Source: Picochlorum sp. SENEW3 (lineage: Eukaryota). From it: 64,000 nucleotides of DNA. The notes under the pieces were generated by a model that was not told the origin of the DNA, made no database searches, and was given only the letters and a program-made list of their open reading frames with translations. Below are positions 37,269-47,528 of this stretch, one piece after another (position 1 is the first letter of the stretch; each line of letters opens with the position of its first letter). The DNA is taken from positions 62,001 to 126,000 of the forward strand of contig CP120454.1 in assembly GCA_034226945.1 (NCBI GenBank). The letters are read 5' to 3'. The translations under genes and the position numbers were made by a program.

Positions 37269-38648
37269 TCAGTTTGATACAATGTGCAACAACAGTGTCA
37301 CAAACTGTGGTATGGTTGTCCACAGGACAGCCGATGTCCCACAAATCAGGTAGGCTATGCCCGCATATGGTAGCGTATCAGGCTCAATGGATCCAATAGC
37401 TGCTGATCCAAGTCCATGGGCAACTGCAGCTGCTGTAATTCCCCTAACAAGGACGTTTCGAAGTCCCAAAATCCCCATGATGGCATGTATAAAATTTCCA
37501 CCAATCAATCCAGTCCCAGCAACAGCCGCTGCCGTTATTTGAGGAATCCCTCCAAGACTTTTTGATATAGGAAGCGCAAGTGCCAATGTGGCACCTCTCG
37601 GTATGAGTGAAACCGCCATACGACGACTAACATGCAGAACTGGCCCTGCCAGAAAGGCAGTCGATATCATGGTAAATGCAGAGGACATGATGCAACATGC
37701 CAATATTTCCACCTTGTTCGCCATCAAAATGTCCCACTGTTCGACAATTCTAAATCCAAAGCAGATAATTATCGGCCCTAGAAAAGAAAAGAATACGTGG
37801 CCCGGCCCAAATCCATCTTGAGGAAGATACATGTCAACCCATTCTTTGTATGACAAAAACCAAGGGAACATCTGGGAGAATACATATGCAGCCATATTTG
37901 GAAGAATGGCGCAGCAAATCATGGGATGAATCCAATTTTTGACTCTTTCCGGAAGATACACGCCAAAGATGTACCCGCATATCGTCAAACTTGCCTGCAT
38001 CAAACCAATCATGCCCCGTGTTGCCACATCCAGCATTGGCTCTCCGCCATCATCAACATGCTGGCGACGAGAAATTACCCATGCCGTTCCAAGGCACATA
38101 ATACATCCTGTACATGCCCAAAAGATAATATATGTACGGGAGAAGCGAATCCTACCGCGACTGTGTGCCGTCTGATCTCCCATTGTCACCTGACGAGCAC
38201 CATCAGCAGCAGGTAGCATCCAATGCCTCAAGGCGACCAAAGACCACCCCGTGAATGCAGCAGTCAAAAAGCATCCAACACATATGACTCCGAGAGACAG
38301 AGCGATATCTTGTCCAGTGATATCCCCGATCAAAAGTTTTGGAAGCGACACGAGAGCTGGGGAATAGAATAACGCCAAGTAGCTGTGCGTGATCCAATTC
38401 ACTGCCGGTGCAGCACTCTTTTCCAAGCTTGTATACACATCCGGCCGCTTCTGCTTCAAATACACGCCAACCGTAACAACCAAACACATGCCAAGAAGCG
38501 ATGCAGGCACATGTGGAACAGGATTGATACGATGCAATATCTTATCAAAACAGAGCAGCAGCACCACACCAAGAAAGCACGACACAAAAGCAGGGCATGC
38601 TACAACTGGCGCAGCTTTCACATGCTCTATCGTAATTGAACCCCTCAT
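37269..38648 (-). CDS. LrgA-LrgB fusion membrane transporter (PLGG1-like)
   Basis: PASLLGM, LFYSPALVSLP, HPMICCA, FLGPIIICFGF, PRGATLALA, AHGLGSA. Confidence 0.88.
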   Translation of the reverse strand: MRGSITIEHVKAAPVVACPAFVSCFLGVVLLLCFDKILHRINPVPHVPASLLGMCLVVTVGVYLKQKRPDVYTSLEKSAAPAVNWITHSYLALFYSPALVSLPKLLIGDITGQDIALSLGVICVGCFLTAAFTGWSLVALRHWMLPAADGARQVTMGDQTAHSRGRIRFSRTYIIFWACTGCIMCLGTAWVISRRQHVDDGGEPMLDVATRGMIGLMQASLTICGYIFGVYLPERVKNWIHPMICCAILPNMAAYVFSQMFPWFLSYKEWVDMYLPQDGFGPGHVFFSFLGPIIICFGFRIVEQWDILMANKVEILACCIMSSAFTMISTAFLAGPVLHVSRRMAVSLIPRGATLALALPISKSLGGIPQITAAAVAGTGLIGGNFIHAIMGILGLRNVLVRGITAAAVAHGLGSAAIGSIEPDTLPYAGIAYLICGTSAVLWTTIPQFVTLLLHIVSN

Positions 38649-38883
38649 ACACGAATACCAAAAAACAAAGTTTTTTGACGCCGTTCCTGGTCGGCTCGTT
38701 GCTCAAACGGTATACCTTTTGATTGATCCCTTTGATCATACAGGGACGAATGATTGATGGGTACCGAGGCGCCCAATATTTTTTAGATTAGTCTCCCCAT
38801 GCTGTATACATGCCATCCTTAGTGCCGAGCAGTATAATCGAAATCCAAACATCAATCATGATCTCGCTGATCTAATACATAGT

Positions 38884-39150
38884 ATGGGCTTATCAGGTGG
38901 TGCCATTGCTGGCATTGTCATCGGGGCAGTGGTCGTCGTCGCTGGAATCCTTCTGGTTACATTATGGGCTCTTTCTGGAAATAGCAACAACAGGAATAAT
39001 AATAATAGCAGAAAAGAAATACCCAACAAGGATAGGAGTAGTAGTGCGAATCGATCGATGAGGGGCGATGATAGCAAAAAGTATGGAGACAGGTTTTTTT
39101 CAAATCTAGTCCCCAGTTTTCTCATCCGAGACCAACAGCAATCACAGTAG
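38884..39150 (+). CDS. Small single-pass membrane protein, unknown function
   Basis: 88-aa ORF from ATG; GLSGGAIAGIVIGAVVVV TM helix followed by a polar tail; fills the gap between two genes. Confidence 0.55.
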   Translation: MGLSGGAIAGIVIGAVVVVAGILLVTLWALSGNSNNRNNNNSRKEIPNKDRSSSANRSMRGDDSKKYGDRFFSNLVPSFLIRDQQQSQ

Positions 39151-39191
39151 TATATATTTCACAGAGTAATAGTATCATAGGATAATAATGA

Positions 39192-40228
39192 TTACTGAGA
39201 CATTCGATCTTTGACGAATTCCAAAACCTTGTGTCGATCAACCCCCAGGGCCACCTTGATGGGAACATGGTCATCCCATGCATTGCTTCCAATCCAGGGT
39301 CGCTCCAACCCATCCATAATGGTATGCCCCTTTGCTGGCCCATCAGACACAACCAGTACCTTGCCCGTATGCCATTCGAAATACTCTGGATGCACCACAG
39401 CTGTAAACGCTGCAGCATCATGAAGGAAAATACCCTCCATACTGTACACATCCCTATGATATTGCAAATAAAACTGTGTTATATCCCTCAAAAAAGTCCC
39501 ATACAATCCCTTGTCTTTCAACGCTTCAATCTCCTCCACCGACATGACGCACTCGTGCGTCACATCCAATCCCAGCAACTGACACCTTTCCACCCTAGAA
39601 AACACCACATTGGCAGCATCTGGATCCCCATACACATTCGCTTCCGCCGCAGGATTCACATTACCATTGACACGCATCGCCCCTCCTAAAACCACAATAT
39701 TCTTCAGCACATCCCCCAGACCTGGGTCCAGCTGCAGTGCAAGTGCCACATTGGTCAATGCTGCCAGGGCCAGAACAACCACCTTTCCAGGATGTTCATG
39801 CGCCATCTTCACTATAAACTCAGCAGCAGACCCAGGATGCACATGATCCATCAGCGTATCAGGCATCTCTGGCTCTGTATTCCCGAAACCATCGCTCCCA
39901 TGCACAAAATCAGCTATACGTTCCTTGGAAGCCCCACGCAGAGACGTCCTCGATCCCTCCACGACAGGCACATCAGATCGATTCGCCAGCACTCTAGTCA
40001 AGTATAATGCATTTCTCGTAGCCATTCGCGTTGGCACATTCCCATATATCGTCGTCAGCCCGAGAACTGTCACATTCTCGTGACTGTTAAAGGCAGACAA
40101 AATGGCCATACTATCATCTATATACCCACATTGTCATCATTATACACATTCGTGGTACTAGAAGAGATATCCATCGCACCTATGCCAGGATCGGTGTCAA
40201 TAATGAGCAATGTCTTTTCGGATGCCAT
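39192..40228 (-). CDS. Inosine/uridine-preferring nucleoside hydrolase; intron 40118-40179
   Basis: IIDTDPGI|DDSMA, GNV, VHGSDGFG, AEANVYGDP, GLDVT, LHD. Confidence 0.95.
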
Positions 40229-40302
40229 GGTCTTTTTCTGTTTTTTCTTTGCTCTATCTTCTTCTTCTACTACTGCTACATGTACGTTGATTACAACATG
40301 AA

Positions 40303-40860
40303 TTATGTGTCACAATGTGCAAAGATAAACGTGCGAATGTCTTCCAAACCAGCCCTCCCTTTTGACCTGGCCACAATCTCTCCATCTTTTCCAATCACAA
40401 GAAAGGTTGGAGAGCTTCTCACATCCATGGCCAAGGCCACCTCTTTATTCGGCAATGTCAACGCAAACTGATAAAATCTCACTTTATCATCTAATTCCTT
40501 GGCCCATTCCTCCATAATTGGTTTACATTCCTTGCATGGGAGGCATTTGGATGTGTAACAGAGCACCACACCCAGCATGCTGCTTGGCTGTTCATACTTG
40601 AGCACCTGCCAGAAATCATCCCCTCTGAGTTCCCTGAATGCACTACCAGGCGTGGACTGATTCATATTACTACTAGTGTCTGCGTATATCCGTTGTGCCT
40701 GTCTGCGGTGATTGTTGATGAAGAAGGAGCGTGGCACCACCCTTGCAGAACTAGCGCTAGCGCTGCTGCTAGCAACACCATGGTGTTGTTGTCTTGGTGG
40801 TATTATTTTATTTACGACTCCGTGTCCTTGACACGGAGCAGCAGCAAGGGAATACTGCAT
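40303..40860 (-). CDS. Atypical plastid thioredoxin (f-like, active site KCLPC)
   Basis: Transit peptide, YTSKCLPCK, NKEVALAMDVRSSPTF. Confidence 0.8.
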   Translation of the reverse strand: MQYSLAAAPCQGHGVVNKIIPPRQQHHGVASSSASASSARVVPRSFFINNHRRQAQRIYADTSSNMNQSTPGSAFRELRGDDFWQVLKYEQPSSMLGVVLCYTSKCLPCKECKPIMEEWAKELDDKVRFYQFALTLPNKEVALAMDVRSSPTFLVIGKDGEIVARSKGRAGLEDIRTFIFAHCDT

Positions 40861-41126
40861 TATGAATATACTTTTGAATATTAAATATCAACGACGTGAT
40901 ATATATTCGACTGGATTCCGATCGAGTCGTTGTCGACGCATAGATGCATCCATCTGGATACCGTACCTCCATGATATCCAGATGGGGGCGCCTTGTTGAT
41001 GATCAAAGAGAGAGAATAGAGAATAATAATGCACGATATTACTACTATTGCAGTATATGGAGGAATACGAAACAAATATATGCATAACAAGTATATAGTC
41101 TGTGCTGATACAAAAAAAAAATCTCA

Positions 41127-41750
41127 TCAGCAATGCGCATCAATCAACTCTCTCAGTGCTGCAAGCTTGTTGCCAACAACCCTCCCAACCTCATCCCCAT
41201 CCTTGTACACAATCAACGTCGGAACACTCTTAATTGCCAATTCTTTCCCAACAGGTGCATTCTTCTTACTCGCTTCAAACTTCCTAAAGGACACCTTTTT
41301 ATCCTTCAACTCCTCTGCCCACTCACACAGCGTCGGCTTCATCAACTTGCAAGGACCGCACCACTGCGTATGAAAGTCCATCACAAGAAGACTACCATCC
41401 ATCGACAGCTCCTTTACCGCCGGCCAGTACTCATCCAACTCCACTTCGATCAGATCAGCCTCAGCCTCAGCCTCAGCAGAAGAAGAAGGCTGAGCCTCTG
41501 CTGACACAGGAGAAGAAGATACCTGCCCCAGCTTATCCCCCAACCCCTTGCGAAAGTCTTCCATCTTTTTCAACTCTGCCTCTTTGTCATTGCTCCCCTG
41601 CACTGCCCTGGTGACCAAGGCCCTAGCCCGACCCTGTCGTCGTGTCACATCACTCTGGATACCACTCTGACGCACTCTGTTCTGCGACTGGCATCGGACG
41701 ATGCATCGAGAGAATTCTATTCTGCTAATAGTAAGATACGACGCTTGCAT
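41127..41750 (-). CDS. Plastid thioredoxin, f-type
   Basis: MDFHTQWCGPCK, GKELAIKSVPT; likely ATG at 41750 gives a transit peptide. Confidence 0.9.
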   Translation of the reverse strand: MQASYLTISRIEFSRCIVRCQSQNRVRQSGIQSDVTRRQGRARALVTRAVQGSNDKEAELKKMEDFRKGLGDKLGQVSSSPVSAEAQPSSSAEAEAEADLIEVELDEYWPAVKELSMDGSLLVMDFHTQWCGPCKLMKPTLCEWAEELKDKKVSFRKFEASKKNAPVGKELAIKSVPTLIVYKDGDEVGRVVGNKLAALRELIDAHC

Positions 41751-42055
41751 TGTTATTGTTACTTCTATTTGAAAATACCTTGCCGTGGAATTATTATACA
41801 CAGCGCGTGTGTGGATAAGAAGAAGATGGGAATGATGGACTATAGATCCGGTCAAAGGATGTGTTTGATCGGAGTCGTACTTGCTTTTTCCTACAAGAAC
41901 AACATATGGATGTTCGACACGCATCCTTGTGTCCATCCATTGTCTCGTCAGGCTTCCCATTTCTTAATTGTATTATTACTGTGTGTATACGTGGAAGAGA
42001 TGAAAGAATGACTGTGTGTTGGATAGGGTTGTGTGGCTGTCTCCTCTTCTTGTAG

Positions 42056-42130
42056 GAAGAAGAAGAAGAAGAAGAAAGTTCAAGTTCTTGTTTTACTACT
42101 ACTACTACTATAGCTATCACCACCACCACT
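42056..42130 (+). repeat. (GAA)n, (ACT)n and (CAC)n microsatellites upstream of the ABC gene
   Basis: Visible simple repeats. Confidence 0.85.
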
Positions 42131-42192
42131 ATATATACGGAATAGAGGAGTGATTTTATCCATTGATATTGTTGTTTATATTGGATTCAAGG

Positions 42193-44451
42193 ATGATGTC
42201 CATGACGAGTGCATCTCCTTCTTTTTCTTCTTGCTGTTCAAGAAGAACAAGGCTTGTGAGAAGATGGGATGGAGTCCAGTCTAGTATCTCTCCCTCACAT
42301 GATGCGTGGAAGCGATTGTCGATAATGACGAAGAAGAGGAATTGCATTCGATCAAGGATGATTGGATCATCATTGTCATCAGCTGGGGTTGATTGGTACG
42401 AGTCTTTGGAAGACAGCATGCGTTGGACCAGAACATCATCAGATGATGAGAATGACAAGGGGTCGCAGCATGGTATGGTTGCATCGCCGTTGATTGAAAG
42501 GGATCACAAGCAAAAGAAGGGTATGCCGCCTGTGCCAGCGTCGGCGACGCTGGTGGATGTGCTTCCATACTTGTTGCAACTGGCTTTGTGTGATCCGAGT
42601 GTGGTGTGGCGCATTGGGGTGGCCATGGGAGCCTTGGTGGTGTCCAAAGCTGCTGGGTTGCTGTCGCCTTTGTACTTTAAATCAGCGATTGATATGCTTA
42701 CTGGAGATGCGGTGGCGTTTACATGGATATCGAGCGTGTCCATGGCGCTGGTGTTGAGTGGGGTGTGTCGAGGAGTGAATGCACTGGCCAAGGAAGCGCA
42801 GCATCCTATATTTACGCCAGTGAGTCAGGCTGCTGGGAGGCGAGTGTCTTTTTATGCACTATCTCATGTGCTTGGATTAGATTTACATTTTCATCTAGGG
42901 AGAAATACGGGTGCGTTGGCGAGGATGCTGGAGAGAGGAGCACGGTCCATCTCAATGATCTTTCGGGCTGTTGTGTTTACACTGGCGCCCACGGTGTTGG
43001 AGTTGATTGCTGTGTGTGCTTTACTCTCTCATTCTTTTACATGGGAGATCTCAGGAATAGTGATGGTGACGTTTGCATTTTATTTCATGTGGACGGTGTA
43101 TATTACATGGTTGTCAACAAAGATTCGGAGGGATGTGAAGAATCTTGACAATGTGATTGGTGGTAGAGCAGTGGATGCTTTGCTGAATGTGGAAGCGGTA
43201 AAGCTTTCTGGGGCAGAAATGTATGAAGTCAAGGCATATGATGAGAAATTGGAGGAATATCAAAAGGCATCTGTGCGATTAGAAGTGGCATCTGCAGCGT
43301 TGAATTGCGGTCAGGCAATCATTCTGGCGGTTGGTATGACTGCCGCATTGGTGGTTGCGGCGAGCAATGCGACGGTGACGACTGGTGATTTGGTCATGAT
43401 TCAAGGATTATTGATACAGTTATGGGCTCCGTTGCAGTTTTTGGGTTGGTTTTATAGAGAACTTCGGCAGTCCTTGGTGGATATGGAGGATTTGTTTAAT
43501 TTGATGAAGACTGACACAAGAATACCTGATGGACATGTTAATATTGTTGATCGAGACGCAGCGTTGCATCATCAAGTAGGGGTTGGGCTTGAATTGAAGA
43601 ATGTAGAGTTTCGGTATCCTGGGACACGGAGGAGGGTGCTCAAGGGAGTTGATATTACGGCAAAGCCAGGAGAGAGTGTGGCGGTTGTTGGACCCTCTGG
43701 GTCTGGAAAGAGTACTCTGTTACGAATTTTAGTCCGCATGTTTGATGTCGATGCTGGGTCTGTTGAGATTGATGGAGTCAATGTGAAGAATATTGCATCG
43801 GCATCTCTGAGGGATGCTGTTGCTGTTGTACCTCAAGACACAGTGCTGTTCAATGACACCATGCTGCATAATATCTCGTATGGTAAACCTGACGCAACTG
43901 CAGATGAAATCTATGCTGCTGTGGAAGCTGCCAAGTTATTGCCTGCTCTTGATCGGATGCCAGATGGTTGGGATACAGAAGTTGGCGAACGAGGTCTCAA
44001 GCTGTCGGGAGGTGAAAAGCAGAGAGTTGCGATTGCGAGAGCTTTCTTGAAAAAGCCGAGGCTTTTAATATGCGACGAGGCAACATCTGCGTTGGATACA
44101 GAAACAGAGCAGGGGATTATGGCATCCTTGGAGGAATTGGCATCGGGCAGGACTTCAGTCTTTGTTGCTCATCGGCTGAGTACCATTCAGGGATGTGATA
44201 AGATTTATGTGTTGAAAGACGGCGTTGTTGCTGAGCAAGGGACGCATGTTGGGTTGATGGAGCAGAGGGGTATCTATTTTGATATGTGGAATATGCAGAT
44301 TGCGGAAGAAGCTCTCGAGGGTCATGATGACGACGAAAATTCGTCCTCTGGTGAAGAAGATTCCACAGTATTGGTTGAAGAGCGGGATGAGATGGGGATA
44401 CTGGATGATGGTGATTATGAATGGATGCCGGCAGGAATAAATAATGAATAA
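42193..44451 (+). CDS. ABCB half transporter, ATM1/HMT1 family, organelle-targeted
   Basis: TMD with LDLHFHLGRNTG and PLQFLGWFYRE; Walker A GPSGSGKS; LSGGEKQR; CDEATSALD. Confidence 0.93.
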   Translation: MMSMTSASPSFSSCCSRRTRLVRRWDGVQSSISPSHDAWKRLSIMTKKRNCIRSRMIGSSLSSAGVDWYESLEDSMRWTRTSSDDENDKGSQHGMVASPLIERDHKQKKGMPPVPASATLVDVLPYLLQLALCDPSVVWRIGVAMGALVVSKAAGLLSPLYFKSAIDMLTGDAVAFTWISSVSMALVLSGVCRGVNALAKEAQHPIFTPVSQAAGRRVSFYALSHVLGLDLHFHLGRNTGALARMLERGARSISMIFRAVVFTLAPTVLELIAVCALLSHSFTWEISGIVMVTFAFYFMWTVYITWLSTKIRRDVKNLDNVIGGRAVDALLNVEAVKLSGAEMYEVKAYDEKLEEYQKASVRLEVASAALNCGQAIILAVGMTAALVVAASNATVTTGDLVMIQGLLIQLWAPLQFLGWFYRELRQSLVDMEDLFNLMKTDTRIPDGHVNIVDRDAALHHQVGVGLELKNVEFRYPGTRRRVLKGVDITAKPGESVAVVGPSGSGKSTLLRILVRMFDVDAGSVEIDGVNVKNIASASLRDAVAVVPQDTVLFNDTMLHNISYGKPDATADEIYAAVEAAKLLPALDRMPDGWDTEVGERGLKLSGGEKQRVAIARAFLKKPRLLICDEATSALDTETEQGIMASLEELASGRTSVFVAHRLSTIQGCDKIYVLKDGVVAEQGTHVGLMEQRGIYFDMWNMQIAEEALEGHDDDENSSSGEEDSTVLVEERDEMGILDDGDYEWMPAGINNE

Positions 44452-44654
44452 TAATGTACAGTGTAAGTGGTAGAAAATGCCGTTTACTAGCATATACATG
44501 TATACTCCTAGCAATCAAAATACGCATGAAGATATGCGTAGACAAAAGAAACGGTAGTCAACATGGTGCGTACGTGGGGGCAGACAAAGATAGTACAACT
44601 GGTAGTAGTATTGAATTTTTTCATGCGACTCGTCAACTCATTTCAACTCTCATT

Positions 44655-47210
44655 TTATGGGGGGCAATTCAGTCCACATGTGCACCTCTGCAAGCCAAAG
44701 TCAACGCAGATTGCTTGAGAAATCTCGGTTGCTGTGGGCCCCTGGTCTGCTCTCTTCTGAAGGGACCAGATCATCATTCCAGCACTTCCCCTCTGGATAA
44801 TGCCACTAGAAATCTCGTCTACTTCGGCCAAAGAGATGACATGTCCTCCCCATGCTTCATTTGCCACCTCAACCCCGACCAAGACCGGTCCAGGGAAGAT
44901 TGCTGTGTAGGCATCCAATGCTGTGAGTGGATCATATGTTGGCCCTGCATCATATGACATCAAGTTCACCTGGTCCAATTGGTCCCCAACTGCATTTAGC
45001 ATGTTGTATGACACTCCAGTATTCTGAGATATTGGCTGGGCGTTTGTGAACTTTCCTACTCCATATGCCCCAACACTGAAGGCTGCTACGGAGATAAATT
45101 TGTTGGGCATTGCTTGTCGCATTGCTGTAACAACCTCCTGGAATTGTTGATCTGTTGAGCATGAAACTCCTGTGCAGGTATTTCCAGAGCAACCAGTTCT
45201 CTGGCAGTTGGGGCTTGATGGTTCATAATCGATATCGACTCCATCAAGATTGAACTCCTCAACAAGTGCCCTGATGCCTGCAGCATTCAACTGAGACCAG
45301 CCGTGATATGTGGCCCCACCGACTGCAACAAGTACCTTTGTTCCCGGATTCCTCTGTTTCAGGGTGGTAATGGACTGCTTGATCACTGACGCATCACTTG
45401 AAAACTGCAATCCAGTTCCCGCAAATGTCACACCCCCTTTGTAACTCATATCTGGCCTCATGAAACTCAAAAACACCTGAGTAACATATGGAGGCAAGTT
45501 ACTCAGCTGATTGTTACTTGAACTAGAGGTCCAAGGCATAGACCATGTCTGGAAATAGCCTCCGTACTGCTCCCCACTTCCGGGCCCTGGTGGAATTGGT
45601 GGTGGAATTGGTGATGGTGAAATTGGTGATGGTGAAATTGGTGATGGTGAAATTGGTGATGGTGAAATTGGTGGACTCGGGCTGGGAGGCTCTATTCCTC
45701 CACAATCGACGAGGGCCTTATAATTACAGGCAAGTAAAGCGTTGTCAAACTCAAGGCCTGTTGGACATGGTCTGTAAAAGCTCTGAGATCCAGTGCACTG
45801 ATAATAAAAAGCACAGCCTGCTTTAGTATCAGCAAAAAGACCAGGTCTTCCAATCCAATTACAGTAGCAAACGGCTTGCCCAGGATCACAAGGATAGTCT
45901 GGAGATGGAGGAGAAGGTGGAGATGGAGGAGGTGGAGATGGAGATGGAGATGGAGATGGAGATGGAGATGGAGATGGTGGACTTGGCGGACTTGGCGGAC
46001 TTGGCGGACTTGGTGGACTTGGCGACGGAGGGGGATAAAGTCCACATTTTACCAGCGATGGATAGTCACAAGCGGATATCTCATCATTGAACAAAAGTCC
46101 AGCTGGGCATGGCCTATAAAAGTCTCCAGCAGCACCACCACACTGATAATAATCTTGGCATCCAACCTTGGTGTCAGCATACAGCCCAGGCGCACCAATG
46201 TAATCACAGAAGCATTCAGCATCCCCACTTGGGCATGGATACGACCTAGATGAGCTATTGCTAGCAAATGAAGATGATACACATACATTTGGAAGCAATG
46301 CCACGAATGGGGCAGACTCTGTAAACTGACTCAATGACGACTCGAGCGAAACCGAAGCAACTTTGCACACATATGTCTCATTCAGGTTCCCCAACTCCAA
46401 TGTCGTATCGATCCTATATCCAGGAACAGACTTCACTTGGGCATCAGTTTGAGATACACATGTCACAACATAGGCCATATAATTAGGGTTGACTCGGGTG
46501 GGATTTGCAGGGAGCCAAGTCACATAAGCTCTTGGGGCACAAGACATGGCAGCTAGTGATGCTGACACGACTGTTGGCTCTTCAGCATCTGACATGGTTG
46601 CAACCTTCTCTGGATCATATTCAACTACTTCATACGAAGTTGATGCTACACTGGGCAGACCAAACTGTGTCAATCCCCGAGAAAGGGCATCCCGAAGCTC
46701 CAATGAGTTTGATGTCAACAATCCAAGGAGCTCAGCCATGGCATCAAAAGAATCCACACCATCCTCGTAACTGTACACCGACAGAACAATTGCCTTTTCC
46801 ACTTCCAATATTCCTTCAATACGGCATACAGAATCAGGGACTGAAATTGACTCCATAATGTTGTTGCACAACGTCTCCCCATCCTCGGCAGTCACCCCAT
46901 CCAATGTCGAGAATCTCACCACACTCGTGATTGTTGGCACAAGCCTCGCCCCTCTGCATGTCTTCGTCTCTTCATCGCATGGCTGAGCATCTACAGGACA
47001 ATCCTCAGAAGTCCTGCACTCAGAGCATCGTTTCTTGTATCCCAACAAGGTTTTCTGGGGAGCACAATACGGCAAAGCCTCTGTGGGGCATCCAGCATCC
47101 GTCAGACATTCAGGGATGATTCTCTCCGATGAAGGCGCACTCTCCGCACTTGGTTGTCGAGCAGAAACACACGCCCAGATAAAGATCTGGAGCAATATCA
47201 AGCGCTTCAT
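44655..47210 (-). CDS. Secreted modular GH18 chitinase (Cys-rich, FN3-like, 2 x CBM14, Pro-rich linkers, GH18)
   Basis: Signal peptide MKRLILLQIFIWACVSA; two ChtBD2-like six-Cys modules; KVLVAVGG and DGVDIDYE catalytic motif; LMSYD. Confidence 0.9.
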   Translation of the reverse strand: MKRLILLQIFIWACVSARQPSAESAPSSERIIPECLTDAGCPTEALPYCAPQKTLLGYKKRCSECRTSEDCPVDAQPCDEETKTCRGARLVPTITSVVRFSTLDGVTAEDGETLCNNIMESISVPDSVCRIEGILEVEKAIVLSVYSYEDGVDSFDAMAELLGLLTSNSLELRDALSRGLTQFGLPSVASTSYEVVEYDPEKVATMSDAEEPTVVSASLAAMSCAPRAYVTWLPANPTRVNPNYMAYVVTCVSQTDAQVKSVPGYRIDTTLELGNLNETYVCKVASVSLESSLSQFTESAPFVALLPNVCVSSSFASNSSSRSYPCPSGDAECFCDYIGAPGLYADTKVGCQDYYQCGGAAGDFYRPCPAGLLFNDEISACDYPSLVKCGLYPPPSPSPPSPPSPPSPPSPPSPSPSPSPSPSPSPPPPSPPSPPSPDYPCDPGQAVCYCNWIGRPGLFADTKAGCAFYYQCTGSQSFYRPCPTGLEFDNALLACNYKALVDCGGIEPPSPSPPISPSPISPSPISPSPISPSPIPPPIPPGPGSGEQYGGYFQTWSMPWTSSSSNNQLSNLPPYVTQVFLSFMRPDMSYKGGVTFAGTGLQFSSDASVIKQSITTLKQRNPGTKVLVAVGGATYHGWSQLNAAGIRALVEEFNLDGVDIDYEPSSPNCQRTGCSGNTCTGVSCSTDQQFQEVVTAMRQAMPNKFISVAAFSVGAYGVGKFTNAQPISQNTGVSYNMLNAVGDQLDQVNLMSYDAGPTYDPLTALDAYTAIFPGPVLVGVEVANEAWGGHVISLAEVDEISSGIIQRGSAGMMIWSLQKRADQGPTATEISQAICVDFGLQRCTCGLNCPP
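45598..46035 (-). repeat. Coding tandem repeats (SPISP)n, (SP)n and (SPP)n in the chitinase linkers
   Basis: 15-nt ggtgaaattggtgat units at 45607-45672; 6-nt ggagat and 9-nt ggacttggc units at 45901-46030. Confidence 0.9.
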
Positions 47211-47528
47211 GCTCTGAATAAGATGAGATAAGCTCCTCGTCGTTGTTAACACCGTATCTTCAGAGTAGTCAAAGCAACACGTGGCCAATCAAGATGACTA
47301 GAAGAATACACTAAAATAGTAGTATTATCGAGTCAAACCTTGATTACCACAAGATGAATTTATAATTATGTAGATATTCCCGCCACATCTAGAGCAAATC
47401 CGATTTGCGGATCTCTCTGCGAGATTTCAAATCTGGCGGACATATCGAGGCACGGCATCTTGGTCAACTGGTGCCATCACCTGCCACACATGACATGTGT
47501 GACTCCATGCTAGGCATTCACTCCCATG

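Noticed and set aside
45598..45672. CRISPR-like repeat array
   Set aside because: Head-to-tail 15-nt coding repeats with no spacers, in eukaryotic DNA.
45545..46253. Striking antisense ORFs (poly-WR, poly-ME, MVKLV repeats)
   Set aside because: Shadow frames of the Pro/Ser linker repeats of the chitinase.
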